DNA of 64,000 nt, taken from Obrimoposthia wandeli (Eukaryota). Positions 11,753 to 20,770 of this stretch are shown piece by piece. Location: NCBI GenBank assembly GCA_977020255.1, contig CDROCS010000253.1, positions 248,001 to 312,000 on the forward strand. Reading direction: 5' to 3'. Every line of letters begins with the position of its first letter. Within the stretch, counting starts at the first letter, position 1. The notes under the pieces were generated by a model. The model saw only the letters and a list, made by a program, of their open reading frames with translations. It did not search any database and had not been told where the DNA came from. Position numbers and translations under genes: made by a program.

Positions 11753-11796
11753 ATTAAAGCCCTGCTATAGTTTGTTAACCATAGCAGGGCTTTAAT
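11753..11796. terminator. Bidirectional intrinsic terminator between convergent panC and uraA
   Basis: 16-bp inverted repeat ATTAAAGCCCTGCTAT / ATAGCAGGGCTTTAAT with A/T flanks. Confidence 0.8.
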
Positions 11797-11816
11797 GGTT
11801 TTAATTAACAGTGGGT

Positions 11817-13088
11817 CTACTCGTTAATTTTTTCTTCTTCGAGCTGAGTTTGTGGAAGAACAGCATTGAGTAAAATAGCAACTAAACCACATAAACTAAT
11901 ACCTGTTAGGCTAAAATCATCATTACCAATAGCCATACCACCAATACCAAAGACTAACGTAGTTGAGACAATTACCAGATTACGCTGTTCAGCAAGGTCT
12001 ACTTGAGCTTTTATTAGAATGTTCATGCCTACTCCTGCAATAGAACCAAAAAGTAGGATCAGGATGCCGCCCATCACTGGCGCTGGAATGGTTTGTAGTG
12101 CAATACCAAACTTAGCTACGAATGCCAGACCAATAGCAAAAGCTGCTGCCCAAAGCATAATACGAGGATTAAACATTTTTGTCAGCATTACAGCACCTGT
12201 AACTTCTGAATAAGTGGTATTTGGCGGTCCTCCGAATAACGATGCTAAAGAGGTCGCTAAACCATCACCTAAGAGTGTGCGGTGTAGACCAGGGTTTTTG
12301 GTGTAATCTTTACCGGTTACGCTGCCAATTGCGATAATATCCCCTACGTGTTCAATTGCAGGTGCAATGGCTATCGGAAGCATGAAAAGAATAGCAGCTA
12401 GATTAAACTCAGGCGTTACAAAATTTGGAATTGCAAACCACTCACTAGTCGCTATTGCTTCGGTACTAACCATACCCATAACCGACGCCATAATATAGCC
12501 AACAAACACTCCGGCCATAATCGGAATTAACCGGAAGATACCTTTACCTAGGGTTGCTACTAACAATGTAGTAATCAATGCTGACATAGACACTAGTAAT
12601 GAATCAGCGTAAGGGAAAAGTTCCGCTGCACCATCACCGGTTTTACCCATAGCCATGTTCACTGCGATTGGCGCTAGACTCAATCCGATAACCATTATGA
12701 TTGGACCTGTTACTACTGGAGGCATTAGCTTATGTAGAAAACCAGCACCACGCACAGCAACGACAGCAGAAATTAATACATAGACTAAACCCGTAACGAA
12801 TAAAGATCCCATAGCTGCTGCAATACCCCAAGTTTGAACGGAGTAAGCAATTGGCGCAATGAAAACAAAAGAAGAAGCCAAAAATAATGGCACTTGCTGT
12901 TTGGTGATAAATTGAAACAAGATAGTACCGATACCCGCAGTAAATAAAGCTACGCTTGGGTCTAGTCCTGTAATTAATGGCATTAATACCAATGCGCCGA
13001 AAGCGACAAACAGCATTTGCAGTCCGGCAAGGGCATTACGCCAAGAAGGTTGATTGAAGCTGCTTTGATTTAAAGAGGGTTCCGACAT
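11817..13088 (-). CDS. uraA: Uracil permease (NCS2/NAT family)
   Basis: LQMLFVAF, EHVGD, GPPNTTYSEVTG NAT signature; downstream of upp. Confidence 0.93.
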   Translation of the reverse strand: MSEPSLNQSSFNQPSWRNALAGLQMLFVAFGALVLMPLITGLDPSVALFTAGIGTILFQFITKQQVPLFLASSFVFIAPIAYSVQTWGIAAAMGSLFVTGLVYVLISAVVAVRGAGFLHKLMPPVVTGPIIMVIGLSLAPIAVNMAMGKTGDGAAELFPYADSLLVSMSALITTLLVATLGKGIFRLIPIMAGVFVGYIMASVMGMVSTEAIATSEWFAIPNFVTPEFNLAAILFMLPIAIAPAIEHVGDIIAIGSVTGKDYTKNPGLHRTLLGDGLATSLASLFGGPPNTTYSEVTGAVMLTKMFNPRIMLWAAAFAIGLAFVAKFGIALQTIPAPVMGGILILLFGSIAGVGMNILIKAQVDLAEQRNLVIVSTTLVFGIGGMAIGNDDFSLTGISLCGLVAILLNAVLPQTQLEEEKINE

Positions 13089-13136
13089 AAAGCGTCCTAT
13101 TAAGTTATTGATTATTTAATTTATTTACGACTAGTT

Positions 13137-13295
13137 ATACCAAAGGAATTAAATATATGATCTTTTTAAGTGGTCTAAATAATCAATAACTTCGTTGCTT
13201 TCATTCCCAATAGCCAGCTATTAGTCGATCAAGCGCCTTGCTCTTGAATATTTATCTTCACTTAAAACTGATCACCAACTTAATGCCTTTGGTAT
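13137..13295. repeat. About 160-bp MITE-like element (family 2) between upp and uraA
   Basis: Terminal inverted repeats ATACCAAAGGAATTAA / TTAATGCCTTTGGTAT (15/16 match), internal palindrome AATAGC-CA-GCTATT; clearly homologous to 45447-45606. Confidence 0.8.
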
Positions 13296-13304
13296 TAGTA
13301 GATT

Positions 13305-13931
13305 TTACTTAGTGCCAAATATTTTATCGCCCGCATCGCCAAGTCCAGGGATGATATAACCACTCTCATTCAAATGGTCATCAATTGATGCGGTATAAAT
13401 ATCTACATCTGGGTGGGCACTTTGAACCTTTGCAATACCTTCTGGAGCAGCAACTAAAACTAAGGCACGAATATCAATACAACCTGCTTTTTTTAATATG
13501 TCGATGGTCGCATTCATTGAACCACCGGTAGCTAGCATTGGATCGATGATCAAGGCTAGCCGCTGGTCTATATCACCCGCTAATTTTTCGAAATAAGTAA
13601 CGGGCTCTAGCGTTTCTTCATCACGATAAAGGCCTACTACACTAATTTTTGCACTTGGCATTAGCTCTAATACACCATCCAACATACCTATACCAGCACG
13701 TAAAATTGGCACTACGGTTGCTTTTTTCCCAACGAGGCGTTGACCAGTAATTTCACCGTCCCAACCTTCCATTTGGAAGTCTTCCAGTTCAAGACCTTTG
13801 GTCGCTTCATAAGTTAATAAAGAACCAACTTCAGCTGATAGTTGACGAAAGCTACGAGTACTCATGTCTTTGGCGCGCATTAGGCTAATTTTGTGTTGTA
13901 CTAGTGGGTGTTTTATTTCGAATACTGACAT
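13305..13931 (-). CDS. upp: Uracil phosphoribosyltransferase
   Basis: [32 protein letters not shown]. Confidence 0.97.
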   Translation of the reverse strand: MSVFEIKHPLVQHKISLMRAKDMSTRSFRQLSAEVGSLLTYEATKGLELEDFQMEGWDGEITGQRLVGKKATVVPILRAGIGMLDGVLELMPSAKISVVGLYRDEETLEPVTYFEKLAGDIDQRLALIIDPMLATGGSMNATIDILKKAGCIDIRALVLVAAPEGIAKVQSAHPDVDIYTASIDDHLNESGYIIPGLGDAGDKIFGTK

Positions 13932-14343
13932 GGTTTATAATCCAATGAAAAAATTTTGCTTATTTTCACATAAATTAGTCAGATGGTAGAGAGTTTTTAA
14001 CACTATTTTTCACCTTCGATGGCAAGATCAATAGTTTCACTCCTAACTGTGGCTATTGTGACGACTTTCACCGAAATAACGGTTATAAAGCAACCGATTA
14101 GTAATAGTAAACTATAGGGCTACAAATTATTAATTTTCTCTTAGAATAATTAAGACCAGAGAAATAAAAAGCTAGTAATGCAATTTATTAAGTGATGCTT
14201 TAATACCAAAGCACCTAAACTTGCTCATGCCCTTGTTAATTTATTAATTATCTATTTGATGCTCTTTTTTAATGCCATCCTTAGTCTCAATTATTCCACA
14301 CTATTATTAATAGTTTTCTAGTGTAAGCAAATAGTGATAAATG

Positions 14344-15246
14344 TCATGCCTGACGTATTTCAATAGAGATATGTGAAAGCTGTGGCAAGAAGCCCTTTAA
14401 AATACTTTTATACTCGTCTGACTTCAGTGGCTGAGCAGATGTTACCGTAAGAATTGCAGCTTGGTGAGCTGTCGCTATTGTCCAAACATGTATATCGTTA
14501 ATTACCGTATTATTTTTGCTCAATGCTTTTGAAATTTGTTCTAACGTTGACTTTTGTATCGATTTATCGAGAAGAACATTACTAGAATCCTTAATTAAAC
14601 CATATGACCAACGTAAGATTACGATAGCGCCAACAATCCCCATTAAAGGATCCATCCATATTAAGCCAACATATTTTCCTACTAATAAAGCAACAATGGC
14701 TAATAACGACGTGAGTGTATCCGCAAGCACATGAAAATAGGCTGCTTTCATATTGTGGTCGTGATCATGATGGTGCTCTCCATGATGATGATGGTCATCA
14801 TGTAGAATAAAAACAGAGGCAACATTAACAACTAAACCTATAATGGCAACAACGATTGCTTCGTTAAAATGAATTGATTGTGGTTCTAATAACCTTTGAA
14901 CCGACTCAACGATCATCATCAATGCGACTATTGCTAATGCAATTGCACTGGCAAAACCACCTAGAGAATTGACCTTACCAGTACCAAAGCTGAAGTCCTT
15001 ATTGTTTGCATGTTTTTTTGCATAAGAATAAGCGAAAATAGCAATCAAAAATGCTGCGGAATGAGTGCCCATATGCCAGCCATCAGCAAGAAGGGCCATA
15101 GAGCCCGACCAAGTACCAGCACCAATTTCAAGCACCATGATCACTGTGGTTAACCAGAAAACAGTTTTAACTTTATTTTCATGAAGTTTATTATCAATAC
15201 CGAAATCATGAGAATGTTCCCATTGAATACTACTATCATTTTCCAT
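14344..15246 (-). CDS. dmeF: CDF-family Co(II)/Ni(II) efflux transporter, DmeF type
   Basis: GSMALLADGWHMGTH, His-rich loop HDDHHHHGEHHHDHDH, HVLADTLTS, DIHVW. Confidence 0.85.
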   Translation of the reverse strand: MENDSSIQWEHSHDFGIDNKLHENKVKTVFWLTTVIMVLEIGAGTWSGSMALLADGWHMGTHSAAFLIAIFAYSYAKKHANNKDFSFGTGKVNSLGGFASAIALAIVALMMIVESVQRLLEPQSIHFNEAIVVAIIGLVVNVASVFILHDDHHHHGEHHHDHDHNMKAAYFHVLADTLTSLLAIVALLVGKYVGLIWMDPLMGIVGAIVILRWSYGLIKDSSNVLLDKSIQKSTLEQISKALSKNNTVINDIHVWTIATAHQAAILTVTSAQPLKSDEYKSILKGFLPQLSHISIEIRQA

Positions 15247-15304
15247 TGAACGTCCTAAAATTATTACTTTACATTACTTAGAAATAGCATATATTTTAAA
15301 CCTG

Positions 15305-15329
15305 AAATATACTACCCCCCTGTATATTT
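15305..15329. promoter_or_regulatory. RcnR/CsoR-family operator in the dmeF/repressor divergent promoter
   Basis: AAATATAC-TA-CCCCCC-T-GTATATTT: an inverted repeat flanking a C6 tract, the established architecture of RcnR/DmeR sites. Confidence 0.8.
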
Positions 15330-15350
15330 ATTTTCAAGTAAAGGAAGAAG

Positions 15351-15626
15351 ATGTCACATACCATAGCAAGTAAAAAAAAGCTGCTCAGTCGCGTTAGACG
15401 CATAAAAGGTCAGTCTATTGCTTTAGAAAATGTTTTAGAAGGCGAGCCAGACTGCATGGCTGTTTTACAACAAGTCGCAGCGATTAAAGGCGCGGTTAAT
15501 GGACTGATGAAAGAAGTATTAGAAGGTCATTTGAGAGAACATTTAGGTGCCGACGATTTGACTCAAGAAGAAAGAGTAGAAGAAGTTGAGCAAGTTATTA
15601 CTGTTCTAAAGAGTTATCTAAAATAA
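15351..15626 (+). CDS. RcnR/FrmR/CsoR-family metal-sensing repressor (DmeR-like)
   Basis: MSHT N-terminus, RVRRIKGQ, C-MAVLQQVAAIKGA, VLEGHLREH; divergent from dmeF. Confidence 0.9.
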   Translation: MSHTIASKKKLLSRVRRIKGQSIALENVLEGEPDCMAVLQQVAAIKGAVNGLMKEVLEGHLREHLGADDLTQEERVEEVEQVITVLKSYLK

Positions 15627-15764
15627 AAGAAGCGATGGCGAGTTTTATTTTTCTCCGATACGGGCTATCGATAAAAAATATCGATGTTTACCTTTTATTC
15701 AGCCTTATGCATTAATCTTAGTGTTAATGTGAATGTGAATGTTAAAAATAGTGCTTAACGTTAT

Positions 15765-16976
15765 TTAGCGTTCACCAAAAGATTCCGCCAATGTTTTACG
15801 CAAAGGTTTTAGTAAATAATTCAACACTGTACGATCACTTGTTTTAATATCAATCTGTGCTGTCATACCCGGTAAAATATCTAAAACCTTACCTGAAGTC
15901 GTTGTCACAGGATTTTTTTTTGTTGAAACATGTACCCGATAATATATCTCTTCACCTTGACTTTTTTCTTCTTTTAAGGTGTCAGCACTAACATAAACGA
16001 CCTCACCAATGACACCGCCATAAATAGTGTAATCGAATGGGTCAAAACGTATAGTGGCATTAAGTCCTTTACGCACTTGAGCAATATCTGCAGGGCTAAT
16101 TTTCGCTTCAAGAATTAACTCATCACCCACAGGAATGATTTGCATTAACTCTTCCCCAGCGCGCAATACACCGCCGATGGTCGTTACACGCACATTTTTC
16201 ACTATGCCAGGTAATAAAGCCTTAAAAATACTATCTTCTAATTGTTGTTTACGTTGCGTTAGCACTTGTACATTTTGAGCAATTTCATCTTCAGCTTTTG
16301 CTAATTCTGCCCCAGCATCTTCAAGGTAAGTATTTTTTCTATTCAATAATTTAGCTTCACTGTCATTCAAGCTCCTAGCGGCTCTAATAACTTCGGTACG
16401 ATTCACATCACCTGACACTGATAATTTTTTAATCAATTCAGATTCTTCTCGTGCTAAATCTACCCCTCTTTTTAACGCTTTTAACTCTTCAGCCAACGTT
16501 GTACTTTTTTGCTCAAATAAGGCACGTTCCACTTTGATCTGTTCTGGAAAACGCAGTAAATCATCAGCAAAAACTAACGTTTTATTGCCAAGAATTTCTG
16601 CCCGCAATCGCGCTGCTTTTGCTCTTAGTGCAGAAAGACGTGCATCAACCTCTTTCACTGCAGCGCCAATACGCGTGGTATCTAATGTCGCAATTATCTG
16701 TCCTTCAGTAACGCTATCTCCCTCTTTTACATATAAATTGGAAATAACACCTCCATCAACTGATTGAATAATTTGTACACGGCTACTGGCAATCACTTCG
16801 CCGGTACCTCGTGCGACTTGGTCAAGTCGAAAGTTTGAAGCCCACAGCACAAAAAAAACCAACCCGGCCAATATCCCCCATAACACTAATGAATAATTAC
16901 GCAGGTAATAATTCTCTAAACGCGCAGTTGACTCTTGATTATCGTCATCATCGGAAAAAAAGCTGTCAAATAACAT
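15765..16976 (-). CDS. HlyD-family periplasmic adaptor of a type I secretion system
   Basis: N-terminal TM, IIQSVDGG, lipoyl halves, coiled coil, LPGMTAQIDIKT and YLLKPL; start overlaps the ABC gene stop. Confidence 0.93.
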   Translation of the reverse strand: MLFDSFFSDDDDNQESTARLENYYLRNYSLVLWGILAGLVFFVLWASNFRLDQVARGTGEVIASSRVQIIQSVDGGVISNLYVKEGDSVTEGQIIATLDTTRIGAAVKEVDARLSALRAKAARLRAEILGNKTLVFADDLLRFPEQIKVERALFEQKSTTLAEELKALKRGVDLAREESELIKKLSVSGDVNRTEVIRAARSLNDSEAKLLNRKNTYLEDAGAELAKAEDEIAQNVQVLTQRKQQLEDSIFKALLPGIVKNVRVTTIGGVLRAGEELMQIIPVGDELILEAKISPADIAQVRKGLNATIRFDPFDYTIYGGVIGEVVYVSADTLKEEKSQGEEIYYRVHVSTKKNPVTTTSGKVLDILPGMTAQIDIKTSDRTVLNYLLKPLRKTLAESFGER

Positions 16977-19269
16977 GATTATCTCCTTGATTCACGTTAG
17001 TTGCGACAAAACCTTTTGGTGTGCGTAATGTTGGCGCTTCTTTACCTGAGACAGTTGCTTTATTTTTGGTAACATTAGCCATAATTTTGGACAGAACTTC
17101 CTCCGGCTTGCCATCATTGATTATCTCACCATGCTGCATCACAATAACACGATTCGCGATCTTCGCCGCTAAAGCAGGGCGATGAGTTGAAATAATTAAG
17201 ATATCATCGGCTTTAACATTGTCTTGTAATGCCTGTAATACTTTTTGTTCCGATTCATTATCTAAGGTCGCCGTAGGCTCATCCAACAACCATATTTTAG
17301 GTTGTGCTAAAAAGGTACGACCAAGGCCAACCAACTGGCGCTGACCGCCTGATAATCCTTCTCCGCCTTCACTAATGGCTAATTCCATACCTAGTGAATC
17401 ATCCGCAGCAATTTTATCGATACCAAGTTGCTCAGATACCTGTAACAAATGAGAGTCACTTACCGCGCCAGATAATGCTAAATTACTACGTAAGGTTCCC
17501 TTAAATAAATGCACACTTTGGGGTAAGTAACTGACCTGATCCGCGACAATATTGGGATCTATTTCCCATAAATCAGCCTGACCCAGTTTAATTCTGCCTT
17601 CCGCTGGTTTATATAAGCCTGCTAGCACTTTAAGTAAGGTAGATTTACCTGATCCTATCGCGCCAAGCAATACAACACGCTCACCCGCAGTAAAGGTTAA
17701 TTTATTAATATTTAATTGCCGTATAGGCGATTCAGGATAAGAAAACATTATCGCGTCTAAACTGATTTTTTTGGGTAACTCATCGGGTAATAATAAATTT
17801 TGATCTACGCGGCGCTCCGTGTTCAATAATAATACCTGATTCACCATTTCTAATGCTTGCGCAACATTTTGCCACTGCGAAAAATACTGCACACTTTGTG
17901 CAACTGGGGCAATAACACGGCCACCTAAAATACTACAAGCAATCAAGGCCCCCATGGTTAAATTACCCGCTTCAATTTGGCCAACACCAACAACAATAGC
18001 ACTGATATAAGCAGCAGTAGATAAACTGCCTGTACTAACAGTGGCAAAATTACTGATCGCTTTTTGGCGTATATTATAGCTCGAAATAGTTTGCGTTATT
18101 TCTTGCCATTGTGCTGAAAAACGCCATGTTGCGTTATTCGCCCGAATAGATTCAGCGCCTTTAATGGCATCAACTAATAACCCTTGTCGTTCATTAGAGC
18201 GCATCATTTGCTGTTTAAGTAATCGGCGTAATCGTCTTTGTGTGATCCAGCCTAAAGTCAGTGCTATAGGTAATAACATCAGATAAACCCAGCCAATATG
18301 ACCGCCAACAAGTGCAATCATACCAATAAAAAATAAAGCGAAAGGTAGGTCAACTAAAGCAAAAACAACCCCTGAGCTAAAAAATTGTCTGACCGAATCT
18401 AAACCACCCACTTGCGCGGCCAGTGTCCCCAAACTACGGGGGCGCTCATCTAACTGCAAGTGCATCACATGGTCAAACACTTGTTGTGACACCGCTTTAT
18501 CTACCGCACAACTGACACTGTCTAAGGTACGTGCTCGGATAGTTTTTAAAAACCAATCAAGTACAACGACAATGAACATCCCCATGACTAAGGTCGTTAG
18601 CGTGGCATACGCTAAGGTGGGTACCACTCGATCATAAACTTGCATTGCAAAAATAGCGGTCGATACCGCCAAAACATTAATAATAACCGTGGCAACAATA
18701 ATATCGATTAACCAACGACGGCTTTTAAACATTTCACTAAACACAAGTCGAGCGGCAATATTACCCTTTAATGAAAAAATGGAGGTTTGCTCACGTTTTT
18801 TTGCGACGCGCAGCCACAAGACAATGCCCGCTTCGAGTTGCTTGTGTGTACAATGCTCGCACTCACCTGCCTCATTCGTCACTAATAACTGATTATCTTT
18901 TGCATGTTCAACCAATACCCAGCCCGAGTGCGTAAAAAGCATGGCCGGTAATCTACGTTGGTCAAAACGCGCCCACCTGACTTGGGCTGCTTGTATACCT
19001 TTTAACTTTAATGCATTAAAAACAAAGTACAGTCGTTTAATCACCGATGCTTGTGGCAGTTGCATTTGAGCCTGCTGACAAGCGTCAACTAAAGCACCTT
19101 TTTGCACCGAAATCGCTAACTTATCCAATAAGTTTTTTAACACGTTAACCGGTAGCGCTTGTTGTAATAATGCCTGCTCTAACGTTAATTCATCTGCTGT
19201 ATTGGATGCAGCCGTTTGTGTGGATGCTTTTTCTACAGTTGGCTTTTCTAAGGTATTACTGCTGTTCAT
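16966..19269 (-). CDS. Type I secretion ABC transporter with C39-like N-terminal domain (LapB/HlyB-like)
   Basis: QVYDRV, six-TM domain, Walker A GAIGSGKST, LSGGQRQ, LLDEPT, H-loop STHR; no catalytic QxxxxDCG in the N-domain. Confidence 0.93.
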   Translation of the reverse strand: MNSSNTLEKPTVEKASTQTAASNTADELTLEQALLQQALPVNVLKNLLDKLAISVQKGALVDACQQAQMQLPQASVIKRLYFVFNALKLKGIQAAQVRWARFDQRRLPAMLFTHSGWVLVEHAKDNQLLVTNEAGECEHCTHKQLEAGIVLWLRVAKKREQTSIFSLKGNIAARLVFSEMFKSRRWLIDIIVATVIINVLAVSTAIFAMQVYDRVVPTLAYATLTTLVMGMFIVVVLDWFLKTIRARTLDSVSCAVDKAVSQQVFDHVMHLQLDERPRSLGTLAAQVGGLDSVRQFFSSGVVFALVDLPFALFFIGMIALVGGHIGWVYLMLLPIALTLGWITQRRLRRLLKQQMMRSNERQGLLVDAIKGAESIRANNATWRFSAQWQEITQTISSYNIRQKAISNFATVSTGSLSTAAYISAIVVGVGQIEAGNLTMGALIACSILGGRVIAPVAQSVQYFSQWQNVAQALEMVNQVLLLNTERRVDQNLLLPDELPKKISLDAIMFSYPESPIRQLNINKLTFTAGERVVLLGAIGSGKSTLLKVLAGLYKPAEGRIKLGQADLWEIDPNIVADQVSYLPQSVHLFKGTLRSNLALSGAVSDSHLLQVSEQLGIDKIAADDSLGMELAISEGGEGLSGGQRQLVGLGRTFLAQPKIWLLDEPTATLDNESEQKVLQALQDNVKADDILIISTHRPALAAKIANRVIVMQHGEIINDGKPEEVLSKIMANVTKNKATVSGKEAPTLRTPKGFVATNVNQGDNHVI

Positions 19270-20695
19270 ATGTATTTAATCCTGCGGGATCATCCAACAT
19301 ACCCATTAAGGTTAATAACTGTAACGACAACTGTTGCCAATCACTGGCTATCTGTACAAGTTGTAAACGTAGCTCTGTTAGCTCTCGTTGGTTATTAAGT
19401 ACCTCTACCCATGATTTACGTCCTGAATCATATTGGCGTAAAAACGATGCCATCGTTGCTTCAACAGCATCTACTATATCTTTTTGTGAACGCATTAAAT
19501 CGTGCTGCACGCTCCTATTAATCATTAACACATTGACTTGACGCCTAATATCATTCAAAGCAGACTTTACCTCTTCATCTGCAGCATTTAAACGCGCAGC
19601 AGCTGCGTTTACGCGCCCTACGCTGACTAAGCCAAGTCCTTCCATATTACTTTCAAACACTAAGCCTGCTCGAGTTTGATCGACATTCATGTCGTTATCA
19701 AAAACATCATACTCAACACGAAAAGAAATGGTCGGCAGTGAGGCCACTTTTTCCTGTTTTAAATTTAAACGTACCACCTTAAGTTGCTCACGCTTATAAC
19801 GAACATTCGCATCATTTTGCATCACTAATTTGTTAATCACCAAGCGGTCGGGCAAACCTAATAAACTATCATCAATAACACCTTCGGTAGAAACACTTAT
19901 TTGTGTTAATGACTTTAACTCAGTTTTAGCCACTAATTCTTCACCCAAAATACGTTGTAATCTTGAACGCGCTTGCAGTAAGCGCGAGTAAGCTAAACGT
20001 GTATCGGCATCAGAGGCTAACTGGCCTTGTTGACGACGAAAAATGCGACCATGTAAGCTTTCATGTTCTGTAATATTTTGTTTTGCAACGATAATACGTA
20101 ATTTAACCCCTTGTATTTTAGCGTAAATTTTTGCGGTATCGCTTATCAATTCACGCTGCGTTTGTATTAGGCTCCATTGCTCTGCGCTATAATTTGCGGT
20201 TGCTTCATCAATCGCTGTATCTATTTTACCAAAGGCCCACAGTGGTTGATTTAACCTTAGTGTGCCTTGGTCTGCATTATTATTTAAATTATTGGCCTGC
20301 GCAGACAACGTGGGGTAGCGTCTCGCTTTTGCACTGTCAATATTCGATTCATACGCATTAAGAGCTGCTTGTTGTCCTTTTAATGCGGGGTTATGGATGA
20401 TAACCGCTTGTAACGCGTTTAAAAAATCACGTGGTAATGTTGGCTTTTTAAGCTGGGTAAAATTATCCCGCCTTGATAGAGTAACTGATGATAAAGTCGA
20501 AGTATTATCCTCTATACTGGGGGTATGCTGCGCCTGAAACCCCTTTGTCTCTGTTGCTTTTATTGTCATTGATGTCAGTGCTATCAATGACAGTGCAATT
20601 GATAACAAGCTAGGCATAAATAAAGAATACCTACGTTTGGGGTTGCTATAACTATCTCTTGTTTTTAGCTTTATTTTTTTTATTATTTTTTGCAT
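19256..20695 (-). CDS. TolC-family outer membrane channel of a type I secretion system (AggA/LapE-like)
   Basis: Signal-like hydrophobic segment, two OEP repeats, QYDSGRKSWVEVLN motif; stop overlaps the ABC gene start. Confidence 0.88.
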   Translation of the reverse strand: MQKIIKKIKLKTRDSYSNPKRRYSLFMPSLLSIALSLIALTSMTIKATETKGFQAQHTPSIEDNTSTLSSVTLSRRDNFTQLKKPTLPRDFLNALQAVIIHNPALKGQQAALNAYESNIDSAKARRYPTLSAQANNLNNNADQGTLRLNQPLWAFGKIDTAIDEATANYSAEQWSLIQTQRELISDTAKIYAKIQGVKLRIIVAKQNITEHESLHGRIFRRQQGQLASDADTRLAYSRLLQARSRLQRILGEELVAKTELKSLTQISVSTEGVIDDSLLGLPDRLVINKLVMQNDANVRYKREQLKVVRLNLKQEKVASLPTISFRVEYDVFDNDMNVDQTRAGLVFESNMEGLGLVSVGRVNAAAARLNAADEEVKSALNDIRRQVNVLMINRSVQHDLMRSQKDIVDAVEATMASFLRQYDSGRKSWVEVLNNQRELTELRLQLVQIASDWQQLSLQLLTLMGMLDDPAGLNTYEQQ

Positions 20696-20770
20696 TAAAT
20701 ATCAAGCTCCCTGTTCGATTGATAAACCACTTCAGGTGTGAATAACAAGGCGCTGTTATTCCAATTTTTG

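Noticed and set aside
13932-14343. att-site duplication of the tRNA 3' end at the far island boundary
   Set aside because: No TGGTGGGCC-like copy found by eye
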